Source: Rhodobacteraceae bacterium HLUCCA08 (GTDB taxonomy: Bacteria > Pseudomonadota > Alphaproteobacteria > Rhodobacterales > Rhodobacteraceae). From it: DNA of 64,000 nucleotides. The notes below the pieces were generated by a model. The model searched no databases and had not been told where the DNA came from. It saw only the letters and a program-made list of their open reading frames with translations. Shown in pieces: positions 57,243 to 64,000 of the stretch. The first letter of the stretch is position 1. Each line of letters starts with the position of its first letter. The DNA lies in contig LJSF01000014.1 of assembly GCA_001314655.1 (NCBI GenBank), forward strand, positions 1-64,000, in the 5' to 3' direction. The translations under genes were made by a program, and so were the position numbers.

Positions 57243-58262
57243 TCAGGCCGCCTGTTCGCGCTGCAGCTTGCGGTCGTGCAGGCCCTTGACCTGGCGCAGG
57301 ATGGTCGCCTGCGGTTCGGTCGTGCGCAGGCGGGCGATGGCGCGGCGGTGCCAGGAGATCGCGCCCTGGTGCAGATCGCGCAGTTCGGCATCCTCCAGCA
57401 ACCGGGCAACCTCGGCCTCGACCGCCGGCAGCCAGCGCTGGATCGACAGATCCTCGACCAGGTTGTCGTCATACTGGTTCCAGTACTTGCGCCAGTATTT
57501 CACCTCGTCCTCGACCGGACGGTTGGCATCGCCGCGCTCGGTCTTGACGATGAACGTCTCCATCGCGCGCACCGCGTAATGGTTCAGCTGCACCAGGTCA
57601 TGACCGAACATGTCGCCCTTGAGCGACTTGACCTGCCGGTTGACCATCTCCTCGGGCAAGGTCGCGCCACTGCCGTTGACCCAAACGACCCGCGCGCCCG
57701 GCACCAGTTCCGGCGCATGGTTGCCGATTCGCGCGATCGGGGCACCGCCTCGCACCAGGGTCTTGAGCCCCCGCGCCCGTTCCCAGCCATAGGCGGCATT
57801 GTCGGTCGCCATGGCGCGGGTGAACTGCCCGATGACCGGCGTATCGGGCGTGAAGGCGACCCGGCCGGAACAGCCGAAATTGCGCTGGTTCACGGCGATC
57901 AGATCGGCCTGCGGCACGGCGGCGAACAGGTCCTCCAGCCGGCCCTGCCCGGCATGGATGCACAGGAACTCGTCCACGTCGAAACTGATGAACCAGTCCG
58001 ACCGCCGCGGCCGCGCCATGGCGTCGACAAAGGCCATGGCGGCCCAGTGATGTCCGCCCTCTGCCCGGCTCACGCAGGACGGGTTGGGCAGGTGGCGCAC
58101 CAGGCCCAGCTCGTCCAGCCGCTCCAGGATCAGGTCGGTCCCGTCGGCGCAATCATTGGTGAAACACAGAAAATCGTCGATCCCGATCAGCCGGTGATAA
58201 GCCAGCCATTCCAGGATGAACGGGCCCTCGTTCTTCATCGGGGTGATGGCGGTGATCCGCAT
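57243..58262 (-). CDS. Glycosyltransferase (GT2/GT92-like nucleotide-sugar transferase fold)
   Basis: MRITAITPMKNEGPFILEWLAYHRLIGIDDFLCFTNDCADGT... is N-terminal GT-A-like, with DxD context in FDVDEF. Confidence 0.6.
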   Translation of the reverse strand: MRITAITPMKNEGPFILEWLAYHRLIGIDDFLCFTNDCADGTDLILERLDELGLVRHLPNPSCVSRAEGGHHWAAMAFVDAMARPRRSDWFISFDVDEFLCIHAGQGRLEDLFAAVPQADLIAVNQRNFGCSGRVAFTPDTPVIGQFTRAMATDNAAYGWERARGLKTLVRGGAPIARIGNHAPELVPGARVVWVNGSGATLPEEMVNRQVKSLKGDMFGHDLVQLNHYAVRAMETFIVKTERGDANRPVEDEVKYWRKYWNQYDDNLVEDLSIQRWLPAVEAEVARLLEDAELRDLHQGAISWHRRAIARLRTTEPQATILRQVKGLHDRKLQREQAA

Positions 58263-58503
58263 GTCTCTGCTCGTCTGTCAGGCGCCTCTGCCGGGCGGTT
58301 CGGGCAGAGTATAGCCCAAGCCTTGCCGAACCCCTAGCGCGGTTTGCCCGGTGCCGGTGCCGGGACCGGGAGATTGACCGGCAACCGCCTCCCGGCGGGG
58401 CGGCCCTGGCAATACACGAGCCGCACCTCGCGCCGGAACAGCAGATTCCGAAAGGCCGTGGCCCGGGGCAAAGAACGATGTCGCGGGCGGCGCCCGCCAC
58501 CGG

Positions 58504-58815
58504 TCAGTGGGTCCAGGCGCCACGCCGGTTGGTCGCGAAATTCTCGCCATAGCCGCCCGAACGGATGTTCGCCTTGCGCGGCTTCGGCTCGCGCACGATG
58601 GCGTCGATGCCATGGGCTTCGGCATAGGCCAGGGCGGCCTCCTTGGTGTCGAAATGCAGGCTGACCTGGGCCTGGGTGTCACTGGACGAGGTCCAGCCCA
58701 TCAGCGGATCGACTTCGCGCGCGCTTTCGGGGGCGAAGTCCAGCACCCAGTGCCGTGTCTTCGCGGTCCCCGAGGACGTCGCGGTTCGGGCGGGACGATA
58801 GATACGGGCCGGCAT
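58504..58815 (-). CDS. ETC complex I subunit conserved region protein (NDUFS4/18-kDa subunit homolog)
   Basis: [27 protein letters not shown]...PLMGWTSS...[10 protein letters not shown]...V.EPKPRK is present. The start has an AAGGAG RBS. The ORF track's 22-aa 5' extension is unsupported. Confidence 0.7.
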   Translation of the reverse strand: MPARIYRPARTATSSGTAKTRHWVLDFAPESAREVDPLMGWTSSSDTQAQVSLHFDTKEAALAYAEAHGIDAIVREPKPRKANIRSGGYGENFATNRRGAWTH

Positions 58816-58978
58816 CTGCGCACTCCTTCGTTTGGCGCGGTTATCCCGCAAAGCCCGCGGCCGTGCAAGCGGTGCATCCATGCCGGCGTTAACCCGACGG
58901 TAGGGAGCGGGGGGCTATGCAGGCATATCATTTCAGCCAGTGTCCCGTGCAGGGGCGCCCCAATCGGGACTTGACCAC

Positions 58979-59548
58979 ATGAACCTTCTGACCAAAACGA
59001 CCGCCCTGTGCCTGATCGGCACCGCCAGCCTTGCCGGCGACTACGAAGACGCCATGCAGGCCTACCTCGATGCCCATGTCGCAAGCTGGGCCACCGATGC
59101 GACGCTGATCGACGCGATCATCGCCCAGAACACCGCCAATGCCGGCCTGACCCAGGCCGATATCGACGCGCTCGACCTGGCCTGGCGGGCCGAGGTCGGC
59201 GCCGCCGACACGCCGACGATCACCCCAGTCCTTTCCAATCCGGCCTCCGACCGATTGCGGGCCATCTCCGCCGAAAGCGGTGGCGCAGTGACCGAGATCT
59301 TCATCATGGATATGCACGGCCTGAATGTCGCCACCTCGGACGTGACCTCCGATTACTGGCAGGGGGACGAGGCGAAGTTCATCGAAACCTACGGCGTCGG
59401 CCCCGGCGCGGTGCATTTCTCGGAGGTGGAGCTCGACGAATCGACCCAGACCTACCAGGCCCAGATCTCGGTCACGATCGTCGCGCCCGACACCGGAGAC
59501 CTGATCGGCGCAATGACCGTGGGCGTGAACGCCGAATCGCTGATGTGA
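58979..59548 (+). CDS. Secreted/periplasmic hypothetical protein encoded immediately upstream of an MCP
   Basis: The signal peptide is MNLLTKTTALCLIGTASLAG. The protein is 189 aa and acidic. Confidence 0.55.
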   Translation: MNLLTKTTALCLIGTASLAGDYEDAMQAYLDAHVASWATDATLIDAIIAQNTANAGLTQADIDALDLAWRAEVGAADTPTITPVLSNPASDRLRAISAESGGAVTEIFIMDMHGLNVATSDVTSDYWQGDEAKFIETYGVGPGAVHFSEVELDESTQTYQAQISVTIVAPDTGDLIGAMTVGVNAESLM

Positions 59549-59626
59549 CCTTTCCCGCGGGCGCCGCCCCGGCGCCCCCGTCACCTTCCCGGGCCGGTCC
59601 GGCCCGCGCACAACCAAGGACAGACC

Positions 59627-61369
59627 ATGTTCGCCAAATCCTCGACCGGTTTGCTCAAGACCATCCTTTCGTCCTTGTTGCCCAAGGTGGCCCTGATCGT
59701 CGCGTCGACCGTCGGCCTTGTGGTCGGCGTCCTGACCTATCAATCCTCCAACCAGGCGCGTGGCCTGGTGATCGACGCCTTGCACGAATTCAGCGCGGTG
59801 TTGACCCAACAGGCGGCCGATCGGGCTTCCGGCGCCACCCGGTTCCGCAAGGTGGAGGATCTCGAACCGATCCTGCAGAAGGTCCTGGACGATGCCGGCG
59901 GCGAAGCCCGCCTTGCCGCCGTCTTCGATGCCGAAAGCACCGTCATCACGGCGGTCGGGACCGAGGATGCGGAACGTCTCGACACGCTGGTCCGACAAGT
60001 GCTCGATACCGGCGAAACGGTCCATTCGTCCGATTTCACCCGCATCGCGTCGCCGATCCGCTTCGGCGACGACAATGCCGTGATCGGCGTGCTCGCCAGC
60101 GCCTGGAGCCTCGACAGCGCGATGGCGCGGATCAACCGCTATCTCGTCGAGAACCTGATCATCGCCGGGGTTGTTTTCGCGATCTGCCTGGCCCTGGCCA
60201 CCTGGCTGTTGCACATCCTGGCGACCCGGCCGATGCGCGCCTTTTCCAGCGCGATCGGCACGATGCGCGCCGGAAACTACGATGTCGACATTCCCGGGTG
60301 CCACCGCGGGGACGAGATCGGCAACATCGGCACCAGCCTGGCCGCCCTGTCCGAAAAGCTGACCCGGGGCCAGCTGCTCGAACAACGCAACAAGGACCGC
60401 CAGGTCGAACAGGCACAGGTGGTGGAGCAGTTGAACGCCAGCTTGCAGGCCCTGGCCGATGGCGACCTGACCGCCACGATCGACACCCCCTTCGCCGAGG
60501 ATTACGAACCGCTCCGGCTGGGATTCAATGACGGGTTGCACCGGCTTGGCGCCTCGATCCGCGGCGCGCTGGACGCCGCCAGCAATGTGCGCAACGGATC
60601 GCGCGATATGGCCGCCGCCGCCGAAAGCCTTGCCACCCGGACCGAAACCCAGGCCGCGGCACTGGAACAGACCGCCGCCGCGGTCGACGGAATGGCCGGC
60701 CAGGTCGAAAGCACCGCCGCCGATGCCCGCAACATCGCCGGGATCGTCGGCAAGGCGAAAGCCGATGGCATGCGCTCGGACGAGATCGTCGAAACCGCCG
60801 TCGCCGCGATGGCCGAGATCCGCGAAAGCTCCGACCATATCTCCAACATCATCGGCGTGATCGACGACATCGCCTTCCAGACCAACCTGTTGGCCCTGAA
60901 TGCCGGGGTCGAGGCCGCCCGTGCGGGTGCCGCCGGCAAGGGCTTTGCCGTCGTCGCGACCGAGGTCCAGGCCCTGGCCCGCCGCTCGGCCGACGCGGCG
61001 CGCGAGATCAAGGACCTGATCGCCGCCTCCTCGGCCCAGGTCGAACGCGGCACCGGCCTGGTCGATGATGCCGGCCGGGCGCTGAAGGAAATCGTCGACC
61101 AGATCGGCCATATCTCGGATCTGATCACCGGCATCGCCGAAACCACCGAACAACAATCCGGCGGCCTGGCCGAGGTCAACCAGTCCGTGTCCCAGCTCGA
61201 ACAGCTGACCCAGAACAATGCCGCCATGGTCGAGCAAAGCACCGCCGCGACCCAGGCGCTCGATGCCGAGGCGGCGCGGCTGTCGGACCTGATGCGCCGT
61301 TTCGTCATCCCGGACCAGCCCGCCACCCTGAGCGCCGCGGCCGAGGACGCGCCCCGCGCCGCGGCCTGA
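59627..61369 (+). CDS. Methyl-accepting chemotaxis protein (2 TM, periplasmic domain, HAMP, MCP signalling domain)
   Basis: TM1 spans about residues 20-40. A periplasmic region is followed by TM2, HAMP (MRAFSSAIGTMRAGNYDVDI...) and the conserved signalling domain (...DDIAFQTNLLALNAGVEAARAG...). Confidence 0.9.
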   Translation: MFAKSSTGLLKTILSSLLPKVALIVASTVGLVVGVLTYQSSNQARGLVIDALHEFSAVLTQQAADRASGATRFRKVEDLEPILQKVLDDAGGEARLAAVFDAESTVITAVGTEDAERLDTLVRQVLDTGETVHSSDFTRIASPIRFGDDNAVIGVLASAWSLDSAMARINRYLVENLIIAGVVFAICLALATWLLHILATRPMRAFSSAIGTMRAGNYDVDIPGCHRGDEIGNIGTSLAALSEKLTRGQLLEQRNKDRQVEQAQVVEQLNASLQALADGDLTATIDTPFAEDYEPLRLGFNDGLHRLGASIRGALDAASNVRNGSRDMAAAAESLATRTETQAAALEQTAAAVDGMAGQVESTAADARNIAGIVGKAKADGMRSDEIVETAVAAMAEIRESSDHISNIIGVIDDIAFQTNLLALNAGVEAARAGAAGKGFAVVATEVQALARRSADAAREIKDLIAASSAQVERGTGLVDDAGRALKEIVDQIGHISDLITGIAETTEQQSGGLAEVNQSVSQLEQLTQNNAAMVEQSTAATQALDAEAARLSDLMRRFVIPDQPATLSAAAEDAPRAAA

Positions 61370-61445
61370 GACGGGCGGCCCGACCGTCCGCCCGGCATCG
61401 CCGCTCCGGTCCGGTCCGGCGGCACCGGGACGATGGGACATTCTA

Positions 61446-61463
61446 CTGACAGAAGGTTGTCAG
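61446..61463. promoter_or_regulatory. Palindrome CTGACA-N6-TGTCAG, 56 bp upstream of uvrB
   Basis: Seen directly. It does not match the alphaproteobacterial SOS box (GTTC-N7-GTTC), so its meaning is unknown. It may overlap a -35-like TTGACA. Confidence 0.3.
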
Positions 61464-61518
61464 GGGCACCCCTTGCGCCTGCTTCCGCCCGTGCCACATT
61501 GGGGCAGAGGAGACGCTC

Positions 61519-63713
<2,195 letters not shown>

Positions 63714-63717
<4 letters not shown>

Positions 63718-64000
63718 AACGCGCCATTGCATTTCTGGTGACCTGCGCCACCCTGCCGCTGCCCGCCCTGGCTTGGGAGTTCTCTCCCGAGCCGATCTGC
63801 ACCCTTAGCCAGGCCGCCGGCACAGGCCAGGTCACGGTCACCTTCGACCCGGCCCTGCCCGAATACGGAATTGCAATCACGCTGGCGGAAGGCGCGTGGG
63901 ATCAGGCCCCCGTCTTTGCCATCGTCTTCGAAGGCGCCCGTCCGCTCACGATCTCGACCGACCGTCATGTCCTGAGCGATGAAGGAATGACGCTGACGGT
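63714..64000 (+). CDS. Secreted hypothetical protein (5' partial in window; continues past the end)
   Basis: The ATG overlaps the uvrB stop as ATGA. The signal peptide is [22 protein letters not shown]. Confidence 0.45.

Overview
This is a high-GC chromosomal segment, probably from an alphaproteobacterium of the Rhodobacterales type. That guess rests on gene content and order (ihfB-lapA-trpF-trpB, rpsA-cmk-aroA, irr-fabA-fabB-fabI, a VPLPA-CTERM protein) and on the near-absence of rare codons.

Most of the window is housekeeping. It holds ychF, trpA, lldD-like, rplY, pth, trpB, trpF, ihfB, rpsA, cmk, aroA, trmB, metK, lnt, corC, ybeY, phoH, miaB, fabA/fabB/fabI, fkpB/slyD, uvrB, tRNA-Ser(GCT) and tRNA-Arg(TCT). 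Many of the long six-frame ORFs are GC-driven antisense artefacts that overlap real genes, and I did not annotate those.

The most unusual part is an accessory block at roughly 12.1-22 kb. It contains a membrane-anchored LuxR-type regulator and two secreted paralogs that each join a PepSY-like domain to a ~100-residue almost pure Asp/Glu tail. The tails are encoded by slippage-prone GTC/TTC microsatellite DNA, and the pair flanks a 2OG-Fe(II) oxygenase. Next come a secreted DUF4893-like protein and three tandem paralogous RTX (GGxGxD calcium-binding repeat) proteins with type-I-secretion-style C-terminal domains. No transporter genes lie in cis. I read this block as a candidate extracytoplasmic calcium-handling and secreted-protein module.

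Other points of interest:
- A degenerate tRNA-like remnant sits next to trpB, in a region where the trp operon looks split by rearrangement.
- A GT90 glycosyltransferase gene is interrupted by an amber codon.
- A RAYT-like transposase lacks the usual catalytic Tyr context and sits beside 13-bp tandem repeats.
- A TetR regulator is flanked by three identical TGAAC-N3-GTTCA palindromes and sits directly upstream of pspA, a PlsC-family acyltransferase and a CdsA-family gene.
- A lipoprotein and an OmpA-family protein are adjacent paralogs sharing an N-terminal module.
- A HAD-dehalogenase N-terminal fragment abuts an alpha/beta hydrolase gene.

All calls are from reading the sequence and translations. 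No database search was run.
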